Assembly (NCBI GenBank): GCA_010909165.1
Contig: MU008172.1
Span: forward strand, 620,001-684,000
Reading direction: 5' to 3'
DNA length: 64,000 bases
From: Anthoceros angustus
Taxonomy: Eukaryota; Plantae; Anthocerotophyta
The translations under genes were made by a program, and so were the position numbers. Below the pieces are notes generated by a model. That model had not been told where the DNA came from. It saw only the letters and a program-made list of their open reading frames with translations, and did no database searches. Every line of letters begins with the position of its first letter. The first letter of the stretch is position 1. This document shows, piece by piece, positions 27,201 to 37,772 of this stretch.

Positions 27201-28704
27201 ACAAATCATGAAAAGGGTGCCTATGAAAAGGTCGACTTGATGGAACATGCGTTACAAACCATTGATCAAAGCAGACTCGGCAAGAGTGTGTTGTGACAAC
27301 TTAATCACGACATCAAATTTTGGTCATAGAAGGACAAATAAAACACCAAAGTATAAGTGAAGACTGTCTGGAGTTGTATGACCAGAGCCCAAGCCTTTGA
27401 TGGAAAGCCCATTGTCATCACCCAAAAGCACAAACCGATTGGCATCATATGTGGGTGAGAAAGTTTTAAATGAGTGTCTCAAAACAAATATGACTAGTGG
27501 CTCCGAATCTAAAAACCAAGTTTCTACTTGAGAATGGATGAGATGAAAGACAAATGCTAAGATTGTGGGGGACTTAGCTTTTGTGGTTGTGACATTTGAT
27601 TCAGGAAGACTTGCATCTCGTCGAGGCTCACCAGCCTTTTCTTCCGGCAATCCTTCTCAATATGGCCGGGTATCTTGCACCAATAGCAGGTCATATTTCT
27701 GCTTTGGTGCTGCTGTGGATTATACGTGGAATGCTAAAAATTTTGGTTGGGGAAGCCACGTCCCCTGCCACGTCCTCGAAAGCCCCCTCTGCCTCGAGAA
27801 GTGAACAGAATTCTTGATTTTGATTGACCACTTGAGCTGGCCTTCATTTTATTAAGTCCACGAGTCCTCTCCTCTAGAAGAGCTCCAAACACCTCAAGTG
27901 TAGAGTTGCACCGTTGATTGACCCGTTTTATAATGGCACTGCGGCGCTTACAAAAGATTGATATGCTTGGTAAGGTTGCAAGTAGGTGACTGAACTTCAC
28001 TTAAATCTGTTCCACAATATGCAAGGTTAGCACGTGCGAAACCTGTTTATATAAGACTCCACAGTCTCATTGTCTTTCATATGAAGACTAAAAAATTCCC
28101 TGAAGGCTTGTACTAGGGAGGCTGAGCTCCTATCCTTATAAATCATCTTAAAGTTATACCACACATCACTTGAAGTGGCAGAACCCAAGGTATGTGTCAT
28201 CATATTCCGATCTAGAGCAGAAATAATAATAGTTCTTATACGCCGATCCTTCCGTTGCCATTCCAAAATGAGATCAGGGGCGGCTCCTGGAGCAGGAGCA
28301 GGTTCAGACCCGTCTACAACCCCCATCAATTCATTTTCTTCTAAAATTTGTGACACCCGCATTGCCCATATAGTGTAATCTGTCCCATTAAATCTATCTC
28401 TATCCTTGAATTCTATCCTAAGAGGAGTGAGAAGAGCGGGAGGCAAAGAAGAAGATCCCGACATGTTTAATCTAGATTATGTTGTGGAGAAAAATCCCAT
28501 ATAGAATACTCTGAGTTTCTATCTCTAAAGTTTCAAAATAAATTGCCAAACAATGTATTGAATGCTTCACTGTCATCACTATCATCATTGAGATCAAAAT
28601 ACATAAAAAGAATGATTAGTACCAAAGCATATTACAACCAATGAGAATGTGAAGGATCTAAGCTAGTGTAGATAAATTAACTAAAAATAATAGTAAAATA
28701 AGTA

Positions 28705-28776
28705 GCTGCCTTGGTATAGTGGTTAGTATCTGTGTCTACTATCTGAGCCACCCGGATTCGACTCCCGTCTTGTGTG
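28705..28776 (+). pseudogene. tRNA-derived sequence (Pol III A and B boxes; SINE-head-like or tRNA pseudogene) inside the copia leader
   Basis: GCCTTGGTATAGTGGTTAGTAT...CCCGGATTCGACTCCCG has D-arm/A-box and T-arm/B-box motifs at tRNA spacing. The acceptor and anticodon stems pair poorly. A TTTT run follows at ~28801. Confidence 0.6.
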
Positions 28777-29435
28777 GTATTTCGGGCTGGAATAAAATCC
28801 TTTTAAAATGAGCAGCGATCGGCGTGCGCGGTTAGGGCGCGCGTGAAGCGCGCCGGCATGCCCGCCGCGCGGCCGCCGTGGTAATCAGCGCGCCGGCATG
28901 CGACGCCCGCCCGCGTGCCGCAGCGCGGCGCCCAATGTGCGCAGCCTCAATTTGCACCACTACTCAACAATTTTGATCCTGCGGCTGATTCGCCCACATC
29001 GCGATCGTAATCGGCCATCATCACCTCATTGTGAATTCGAATTCCATCGAGTTGGTTGGGCGGATCACGGCAAGGATGCAGTCGCGCCGGCCGCGATCTC
29101 CGAACGGCACGGCGCACTTACAATGTCCGTGGTTACAAGCCATCGCGGTTCCTTCCGAGGGGCCGCTAAAATGGAGAGCCATGCGGTGCGCCCGATTGGT
29201 ATGGGGTTCAATCCTTTCGATTGCTTTTGAGGGAAGGATGCCGTGATGCATCTGCTACATTTTTCCAAGAAGTGCGGCTGGGGCGCTCCATATGCTTCCT
29301 TACTTGCTATTTTGCCTCGTTGAAGGCAAGTGGGATGTGTTCCCCTCTTCCATTTTTTTTTTTTTTTAGAAAAGCATAGCTACCACATGAGGCTTAGCTA
29401 CATGGGAGATGAGCAGATTCAAGGCTTTGATACCA

Positions 29436-29676
29436 TAAAGAAGTTGGTAGCCTAGGATCGCATGTGTGAAGATCGTGCAAGAGGGAAGCAAGAGGGACAA
29501 GAGCAAGTTGGAATCGAAAGATGATACAAATTACACACAAAGAAAGGGTCTTATACAAAAACGGTTATTGACGGTTATTAATTAACGAATAATAAAACTA
29601 AACCTAATTTAACTGTAACTGAAATCACCGTTATGTTTTAACACATATCTATTCCCAAATAAGCTATATTCCATTA
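29436..29676 (-). repeat. 5' LTR of the copia element
   Basis: Abuts the Met PBS on the minus strand. Bounded on its outer side by the GTTTG TSD at 29677-29681. Confidence 0.93.
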
Positions 29677-29907
29677 GTTTGATGAATTCAAATGTTCTGT
29701 TCTGGTGCTTTGCAAATGCATAAAGGAAACATTTGTCTCATAGTGCATTTCAAGCCCTTGTGGGCCAGGAATTGGTATGCTTTTTGCGACTTAGCATACT
29801 GATTACCTCTAGATTGTTGTGGTGCTCCCTCTTGCCCAAACGTCTTGCGTGTGCGGTTGTGATGCATTGCATGGTGAGACATTAACAACCTTGCGGCAAT
29901 CATAGCA

Positions 29908-29985
29908 ACTTGGAACATGGATCTCAACTCTAAGACCATGGGCTCCACATTAGCTTCGGTCAGCCAATTCAACAACCCTTCACTA
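29908..29985 (-). pseudogene. Possible NOM1/SGD1 (nucleolar MIF4G protein) gene fragment
   Basis: GLLNWLTEANVEPMVLELRSMFQ resembles the GLLNRLSExNV start of the NOM1 MIF4G domain. No intact flanking exons were found. Confidence 0.35.
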
Positions 29986-30114
29986 CTCTTCAAAATACTA
30001 GGAAACTACTTCAAAGCTAGAGCTTTAAAGCTATCGCTGGTGTGCGAACAAAAGGCCCTCCCAACCTTTGCTCGTAATGCTTCACCACACTACCGGAAAA
30101 TCACCGCGCCCCTT

Positions 30115-30378
30115 TGACGAGTCGGAAAATTTTGGGTATAGGTACATGATTTCCAATGGAATATGGTGAGTCTTTATTGAGGGAAGAAAGATGACAAATA
30201 CAATTTAGAGGGCGGCGTGGGTGCCAAAGTGACGAGTCCGAAAATTATGGGTATAGGCACATGATTTCCAATGGAATATAAAAGATGAGTCTTTGCTGAG
30301 GGAGGAAATATTCAAGTCACATATAACATGTATAAAATATGATAAATACGATTTAGAGGGCTGGGGTGCCAAATTGAC
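30115..30378. repeat. Imperfect tandem duplication upstream of PDH E1-alpha
   Basis: TGACGAGTC.GAAAATT.TGGGTATAGG.ACATGATTTCCAATGGAATAT...ATTTAGAGGGC...GGGTGCCAAA occurs twice (starting at 30115 and 30230). Confidence 0.7.
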
Positions 30379-30608
30379 ACCGGTCTGTGATCTGGCCGGA
30401 ATCGGGCCAGGTACTCTAATCAGGTAAGTACACCAACGAGTGGACTAGTGTAACTAGTTAAGTAGGTGACTAGTTTTTGCACTTAGCTTGGTTATGGTTT
30501 TGATTTTGGGAGTGTGTTGGTGTGAAAGAAGGTGAGGCAAAGGCTTTTGGGAAAGGAAGGAAGTGTATAAGTTTCGGCTGCTGCTGGTGTGTGTTGTGAC
30601 AGGCAGAA

Positions 30609-32539
30609 ATGAGGCGTGTGCACGGATTGCGGGAGGCGAGCTCTTGGCTGCGCTCCGCGCTGTGCGCGCCCTCCACCAGCGGCAGCCATGGAGCTGCCGC
30701 GAGTCTGCTGCAGCAGCAGCGTGGCTACGCTTCCGATTCCTCCCCCATCACCATCGACATCGCTGTTCCTTTCAGGGCTCACAAATGCGAGCCTCCCAGC
30801 CAGCAGGTGACCACGAGCGGGGAGGAGCTCCTGGGCTTCTTCCGGACAATGTTTGTGATGCGCAGGATGGAGATCGCCGCCGATTCCTTGTACAAGAGCA
30901 AATTCATCCGCGGCTTTTGCCACCTGTACGACGGCCAGGAGGCGGTGTGCGTGGGGATGGAGGCCTCGCTCACCGTCAAGGACTGCATCATCACTGCCTA
31001 CCGTGACCACTGCACGCACCTCGGTCGCGGTGGCACGCTGCTCGAGGTCTTTGCCGAGTTGATGGGCCGGAAAGACGGCTGTTCTTTGGGGAAAGGGGGC
31101 TCCATGCACATGTACAAGAAGGAGAGGGGCTTTTACGGCGGCAACGGCATCGTCGGCGCGCAGACGCCGTTGGGTGCTGGCCTTGCCTTTGCGCAGAAGT
31201 ATCTCAAGGTGGAAGGCGTCACTCTGGCTCTCTACGGGGACGGGGCTGCAAATCAGGGTCAGCTGTTTGAGGCCATGAACATCGCGGCTCTGTGGGATCT
31301 GCCTATCATCTTCGTTTGCGAGAATAACCACTGTGAGTTGGCACTGCTCTCCGCCTCTCGCTCGATTCGATCAGCTTGGATGCGTGGTAGGTCAATCAGT
31401 TTCAAGCTGATCCGACTGGGATTTTTGCCTCTTTTTGAGCAGATGGAATGGGGACAGCAGAGTGGCGCTCAGCGAAGAGTCCCGAGTATTACAGTCGTGG
31501 TGACTATGTGCCTGGTCTCAAGGTTAGGTTTTGTCTCTGTAAGTTGTCAAGGGTTCGTGACTGAATGAGACCGATGTTCTCACTAACCAAGTCACCAAGT
31601 TTGATGTCTCGTGCTCCAGTTCATTGCTCAGATGATCCATCTGACGAAGCGCCTGTATACTTAATGATTATCAGGTGGATGGTATGGATGCTCTAGCAGT
31701 GAAGCAGGCAGTGAAATACGCCAAGAATTATGCGCTGACCAAAGGGGCATTCGTAAGAACCTGCAAATCCTGTAGACAGAATTCTCAATTGATTTGTTAT
31801 CACGTTCTTTGACTCAACTGCAAGGTCGGGCAAACAGGTGATGGAAATGGATACGTACAGGTATCATGGACACTCCATGTCAGATCCTGGTAGCACGTAC
31901 CGAACAAGAGATGAGATCGCTGGAATCCGGCAGGTTTGGTTCAAACACCTTGGTCTTTGAAGGTACAGGAGTGCTGCACCAGCATGATTGTCAGGTGAAG
32001 TAACCTTATCTACTTGCGTGGATGGGCAGGAACGTGATCCCATTGAGAGAATAAGGAAGTTACTGCTGGCCCATGATATCGCCACAGCAAATGACATAAA
32101 GGTATTCTTGTTTCTGTTTCCTGATTGTAAGCTGGTCTTCTGACACTTCCAGATGCTAACTTCTTCTTCTTCACGTTGCTCAGAACATTGAGAAAGAAGC
32201 CAAGAAGGAGGTCGATGATGCACTGGCTAAAGCTAAGGTTTGAGCGCCAGTTTGACCATTTTGGTCTTCGATCTCGCTATGCATGTTGTTTGCTTCTGTT
32301 TCTAAGGTTACTCTTGGTGTTGTGGTTGTTTCATCTCAGGAAAGCCCGCAACCAGATCCCGCCGAACTTTTCTCACACATCTATGTCAAAGGTCTTGGCT
32401 CGGAGGTACTGGGGGCACCATATGCTTTAAAGGTTTTGCAGTTACTGTGTTCTTTGTTTGCATGGGGATCTCATGTGACTCTTGATTTGCACAGGCACAC
32501 GGGTGTGACCGCAAGCAAGTTGTTGTGACGCTGCCGTGA
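30609..32539 (+). CDS. Mitochondrial pyruvate dehydrogenase E1 alpha subunit, canonical
   Basis: A long first exon carries the presequence, [41 protein letters not shown] and [14 protein letters not shown]...ENNH. Later exons give [45 protein letters not shown] and [14 protein letters not shown]. Confidence 0.95.
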
Positions 32540-33200
32540 GCAATCAGCAACCCATTGATTTGACTTTTTTTTTCTAGTAATTCAAGTCCCAAAGAAAATT
32601 GTAGTTGGAGAGCATGCCAAATGTACCAAGGGCTGGTAGACGGTGTCCAATGTGGGTTGAAGGCTGAGGGTAGTAGTGGCTTGCTCGCACGTACTCGATT
32701 TGGTGGAACCTATTTTTAATTGGGGGTTAAATGCACGTCATTTGCCTGACATAGGGTCGTCTGTGTCATTGATGCACAGGAGTCCTAGTGAGAATGTGCC
32801 TAGCAATCGCGATAAAAAAAGAGAGAATGTGCCTAGCTGGACAGTTAACCTCTGCATATTCCATTTGCTTTAGGACCTTTGAGTACTCCAACGATCATGA
32901 GACAGGCAGGCTAAGCGGTGCTATATCTGAAATAAAATTCTTCTTCTGTGCTATTCGAATAGAATCGGCTGCTGGTCGGGAGAAATAGATGGGGGAAATC
33001 ATTTTCCACTTGATGTGTACTTGGCTTAACCAGCTTTATGTCTCGAAAAGCTCCTATAACTCAGATCATGACGAATATCATGTGCGCTCATGCTCATGAC
33101 AGGGACTTCAAGTCGAAGAAGGAAGCATGCACGTACATGGGTGGCAAGCGCAACGGCTGAACTGCACATCCAGGATGCCCCCATTGCGACATTGCTCACA

Positions 33201-36200
33201 CTACATCCGCAGATAACGACTTCCAAAGGCATCCTCCTTCTCAGCTTGTTGCTTCTTGAGCCTGTGCGAGAACCCACCAAGTTGTGTTGCTCCGACTAGG
33301 TGACGGAAAACTGAAAGAGTCCAGCCAGCTGTAACGCCATTGGCTTTCTGTAGTTCCGTACCTTACATTGCGCTCCTCTCGGGCATAAAGAGCTTCCATC
33401 TCTTTATCGGTTAGCTGCTCAACTACAGGTTCAAATGCGTCCCATTCATTTCTGCGCCTGAAAGCCATCAATATTAGAGACGAAAAACAAACGAGTCAGT
33501 AGAAACGAATAGAGATCCACCTGTATAACCGCGGTACAAGACTAACCTCACGACACTTATCTTGTTGTTTGGTCTTCGCATGAGGTTCAAAGCTGTAGTT
33601 GGGGGGTTGCTGCATGATATGAGTTGACGTGAGTAAAATCTGAAAAAAAAAAGTCGACGACTACATCGAGGGCAAACAACACTCTCATTGTACCTTGATG
33701 GGCTGTAATCTACACCCCTCTCTCTGCGAGCTTTTTTACTGATGCGAGTGTCTCGTCCAGACGAGGATATTTGCTTGTTTATCTGCTTGCCACACAAAAA
33801 TATTCGGTGTAAAATACAGCTGACAACTATACTATAAGCGCCCCCCATCAGAAAGGGAAAGTCTAAATAAAGACAAACCCTGGGGGAATGAGAGTCTTGC
33901 GGAAAGAAAAGACACTGTACAACGTTCACTGACAAAACCTCACCTCATGTAATTGTTCCCGGATTGACAGGGCGATCGCAGGCTGCAAGCAAAGCAAGTA
34001 CCGAGTGTCTTAGTACAACGTCCTCCAGCTCATAAGAGTTTCCAGTCAACATAAGCGACCCGTTGACAGCAAAACAGGCAACCTTACGGCAATCTCAGGG
34101 TCCTCCAGCTCAAGGTCCTGACACAAACGTCTGGCAAACTCCTCGGGGTTAGCGTCCGGATTATTCACATCCTGCAAATAACCACCATCGATGACTTATG
34201 GACCTGAGACCATACGCAGATACATACATAAGATCTGCAGGGCACATGAGTTGACTCACCCATAGAAAATGGTCATGTATGAGCGTTCTGTTCACCCGAA
34301 GATCAAGCTGCCATTGCACGAGATTACTGTAAGGAAAAACTGTGATAGCTTCATCCTATCGTGCTAGTCAAACTCCCAGAGAAACATGTGTTAACACAGA
34401 GGTGTGGGCCTGAGCACATAAAATAACATCCGAGGCTGGGAATACTGTTGTCAAACCCCGAACCCAAATCACACACCTTCATCATCTGAACCTTCTCTTC
34501 CGTGCTGGGTCTTTGATTATCTGTGGCTCGATACTCTGCTAATTGTGTCTGTCAAGTGGCAACATGTTTAGTCTAGGTTGCCATAGCAATTCTGGCCAAC
34601 AAAGCAAGATCACAGCCTCGGCAAAAATTGGGGAATCAGATGAAAAGCAAAAGTTCCAAGCGTGGGTGAAACAACAAATAAAAAAATAAAGATTCACCTG
34701 CATAGATTGAGCAATGTAATGTCCAAAGGCGATAGGAAGGTTCATGTCCTTAGTGAGCCGTCGAACAAAAGGCACAATCTCGGAGTCCGGATCTGTCAAA
34801 TGAACAGAGCTTCAGACCACAAGCAGTCTACCAATTCACAACTTGAATCTGCTAGCTAATTGCAGATGAGCCTGCCTCAAGCTTTACCTCAAAACCTGAG
34901 CTAGGAATCTCGAACAAGACATGAAGACGATAGCATACCATCTGCATTCCATGAAAATACATCCTTGTAGCGTTGCCCGTCAGCTTCAATGTCCAGTCTG
35001 ATGGGAATTAGGTTGTCCACAGGCGGCCTGCAGTTGCACCCCAACATGAGTTTACTGCAACCTCCAAAGGGAGACAACCCCACGGGTATGAGAAGGCTCA
35101 CTCGGCTGGCTTGGGGGGAAAGTCCATGCGGAGGTTGGCAGCAGCACTGGGTCTGCTCTGCCGTGCCTTCTCCTTGCGGGCCTGAAGTTGGCTGCTGTCT
35201 GACTCTCGCTGCAAAAGTGCGTGCGGAAACACTTCCTGCTGTTGTTCCTGCCTTTGTTGTTGCTGTTGTTCCTGCTGGCGCTCCTTTTGCTGCGGCTGCT
35301 GCTGCTGGGCCTCCTCTTGTGGTTGCTGCTGCTGATCCAGTTCCATTGCCTGCTCTTGCGGTTGCTGCCGCTGATGGGCCTCCTCTTGTGGAGGCTGCCG
35401 CTGATGGGCCTCCTCTTGTGGAGGCTGCCGCTGCTGGGCCTCCTCTTGCGGTTGGTGCCGCTGATGGGCCTCCTCTTGTGGTTGCTGCCGCTGCTGGGTC
35501 TCCTCTAGTGGTTGCTGCCGCTGCTGGGCCTCCTCTTGTGGTTGCTGCTGCTGATCCAGTTCCATTGCCTGCTCTCCCGGTTGCTGCTGCTGCTGGACCC
35601 CCTCTAGTGGTTGCTGCTGCTGATCCAGTTCCACTGCCAGCTCTTCCGGTTGCTGCTGCTGATCCAGTTCCCCTGCCAGCTCTTCCGGTTGCTGCTGCTG
35701 ATCCAGTTCTACTGCCAGCTCTTCCGGTTGCTGCTGTTGATCCTGATCCAGTTCCATTGCCTGCTCTTCCGGTTGCTGCTGCTGCTGGCCCCCCTCTTGT
35801 GGTTGTTCCTGCTGATCCAATTCCATTGCCTGCTCTTGCGGTTGTTGCTGCTGCTGCGGGTCTCCTTGTGGTGGCTCCTGCTGATGTGCCTCCACCCGTG
35901 GTGCCCCCTGCTGTAATAGACCCTGCTCTTGTGGAGGTTGCTGCTGCCGCAGTGCCTCCTCATGTGTTGGCGCCTGCTGCAACAGTCCCTGCTCTTGTGG
36001 AGGCTGCTGCTGTTGAGGTGCCTCCTCATGTGGTCGCTCCTGCTCCTGCTGCTGCACTGCCTGCTCTTGAGGTGGCTCCTGCTTCTGCTGCTGCACTGTC
36101 TGCTCTTGTGGTGGCTCCTCCTGCTGTTCCTGCCCTGCTAGCTCCTGTGGAGATTCCTGCTGCTGCACTGCCTGTTCTTGTGGTGACTCCTGCTGAAGCA

Positions 36201-36744
36201 CTGCCTGCTCTTGCAGAGGAGGCTGCTGCTCCTCCTGCGGTGCCTCCTGAGGTGGCTCCTGCGGCTGCACTGCACACTCTTGTGGTAACTCCTGCTGCTG
36301 CAGCGGTGCCTCCTCTTGAGGAGCTTCCTCTGGGTCCTGCTGTGCCTGCTCCTGGGCAGGTTCTTGCTGCTGCTGTGCCTCCTCTTGAGGACATTGCTGC
36401 GGGTTCTGCTGTGCCTGCTCTTGTGGAGGTTGCTGCTGCTGCCGCTGTTGCAGGTGTGCCTCCTCTTGTGCCAGCACCTCCTCCTGCTGCTGCTGCTTCT
36501 CCTTTCGTGGCGGACCCTGCTGCTCCTGCTGAGCCTCCTCTTGTGGTGGCTCCTGTTGCTGCAACTGATGCTCAACCGGTGTTGGAGAGGCGTGCTGGTG
36601 CAGCTCCAATTGTGGGCGTTTCAGGTCACGATCATCATCCTTCCCCTCCTCCTCGTCCTCCCCGTTTTTCTCACGTGGCTCACCTTCCTCAAGGCCGCCC
36701 GCCTTGTCCGTCCCTCCAGCACCTCCTTCCAAGATCGTCGCCAT
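33201..36744 (-). CDS. BSH: SWI/SNF subunit BUSHY/SNF5 with a predicted long Gln/Glu/Pro-repeat N-terminal extension
   Basis: SNF5-domain exons: PPVDNLIPIRLDIEADGQRYKDVFSWN, DPDSEIVPFVRR, LDLRVNRTLIHDHFLWD, NPEEFARRLCQDLELEDPE, PAIALSIREQLHE, EWDAFEPVVEQLTDKEMEALYAREERN, last exon LKKQQAEKEDAFGSRYLRM*. The ORF 36744-35098 joins in frame through a GTGAG donor near 35102 and a TGCAG acceptor near 35029. The SNF5 core is secure; the start site is less certain. Confidence 0.85.
35230..36560 (-). repeat. Coding minisatellite array (30/33/36-bp CAG-rich units)
   Basis: Units encode QQQQPEELAVELD, QRQPPQEEAH and QQQEPPQEQAV types. Confidence 0.9.
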
Positions 36745-37424
36745 CGCGCGCTTGAACCACAGTTCGCGCTATTTCCTCTCTCGACGCTTTGTGCTTTGTT
36801 GGAGGGGTGGGTAGATACTGGAACAACCCCCAGGGTGAATTCACCAATTTCCTTACCGCGATTTAGGTAGCTGTAAGTAACTCAGAACAAAGTAACGAGG
36901 GAACCATTAATACATATTATCAGTCAGAAAATATACGGGTCCACCTATACCTACTCCCTTCGAAAAATGGTTCAATGAAAGGACAGGACTGAGTGAGAGA
37001 GAAGCTCGGTCATATGTGGGTTTTGCTTATTTGAACGTACCGACTTGGTAGTCCATGTGCATGGAAGGTGGGGGAGCGTGGAGGTGACGGGAATGGGATA
37101 TCGGGGATGCATCTCCACAAGGCCCCGCCAGGTACATGGTATGTATGAAGCTCGATGTATCGCACGGGGCACGGCACTGGCAGGCGAGGAACATGCTGCA
37201 CACCTGTGCCTGGTAGCATGGTACACTTACAGTACGTGATGTGTATGCAAGAATGTACAGTAGCGCACCTAGGTTTCACCTCCTCTCCAGCTCCCAGGAC
37301 GCCTCTCCCTCCAGCCTCCGAATACCTGAATCCGCGGCCTCCGCGGGAGCCTTGTGCATTGCCTCCTCCAAATTCGCGCTCTCCTTGGCTTCCGCGTGCT
37401 CCAGGCCCCCCCACCCATGTTAGC

Positions 37425-37563
37425 CCTGCCGCCTCCGCCTCCGCCTCCTCCTCCTCCTCCTGCTCCTCCTGCTCCTCCTGCTCCTCCTGCTCCTCCTGTT
37501 CCTCCTGTTCCTCCTGTTCCTCCTGTTCCTCCTGTTCCTCCTGCTCCTCCTGCTCCTGCTCCT
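37425..37563. repeat. GCC/TCC microsatellite and 9-bp (TCCTCCTGY)n array
   Basis: The run reads (EEQ)n on the minus strand and (SSC)n or (PPA/PPV)n on the plus strand. It lies between the BSH start and a dioxygenase gene. Confidence 0.85.
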
Positions 37564-37772
37564 CCCCTTCCTTGGGAATGTGTGCCGCTACCGAACTGTA
37601 CATGAGTTGAACGGTTTCGCTTTATTATTTGTTGTCAACTTGGGCTCACGATGTGCACAATTTGCATTTTGCGCAGTCTCGGCTTCTCGCGGAAGGGAAG
37701 GAACGTTGCCTGGAGGCTGGGCCTCTCTTTATTGAGGGACTTGTGTGCGTGGAGGTGACAGGAGGTGAGGGA

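Larger units (their letters stand above)
23995..29676 (-). mobile_element. Full-length Ty1/copia LTR retrotransposon with decayed gag-pol
   Basis: LTRs at 23995-24233 and 29436-29676. TSD GTTTG at 23990-23994 and 29677-29681. Met PBS TGGTATCAAAGCC (minus strand, 29423-29435). PPT-like AAGTGGGAG next to the 3' LTR. Gag RFNGTDYTIWAMRV, CCHC CYWCKIPGHIEKDC, protease WFLDS, integrase [31 protein letters not shown] and RNase H, in copia order. Confidence 0.95.

Noticed and set aside
10175-36744. ARP4, TTI1 and BSH as a functional chromatin-gene cluster
   Set aside because: They are separated by unrelated genes and TEs. Co-occurrence is plausible by chance in a gene-dense genome.
34989-36755. 588-aa Ala/Val/Pro/Leu-rich ORF on the plus strand, plus other Leu- or Arg/Ser-rich frames
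   Set aside because: These are the antisense or alternative-frame shadow of the CAG-rich coding repeat. CTG/CCT-rich repeats lack stops by composition, and the minus frame is the one that splices into SNF5.
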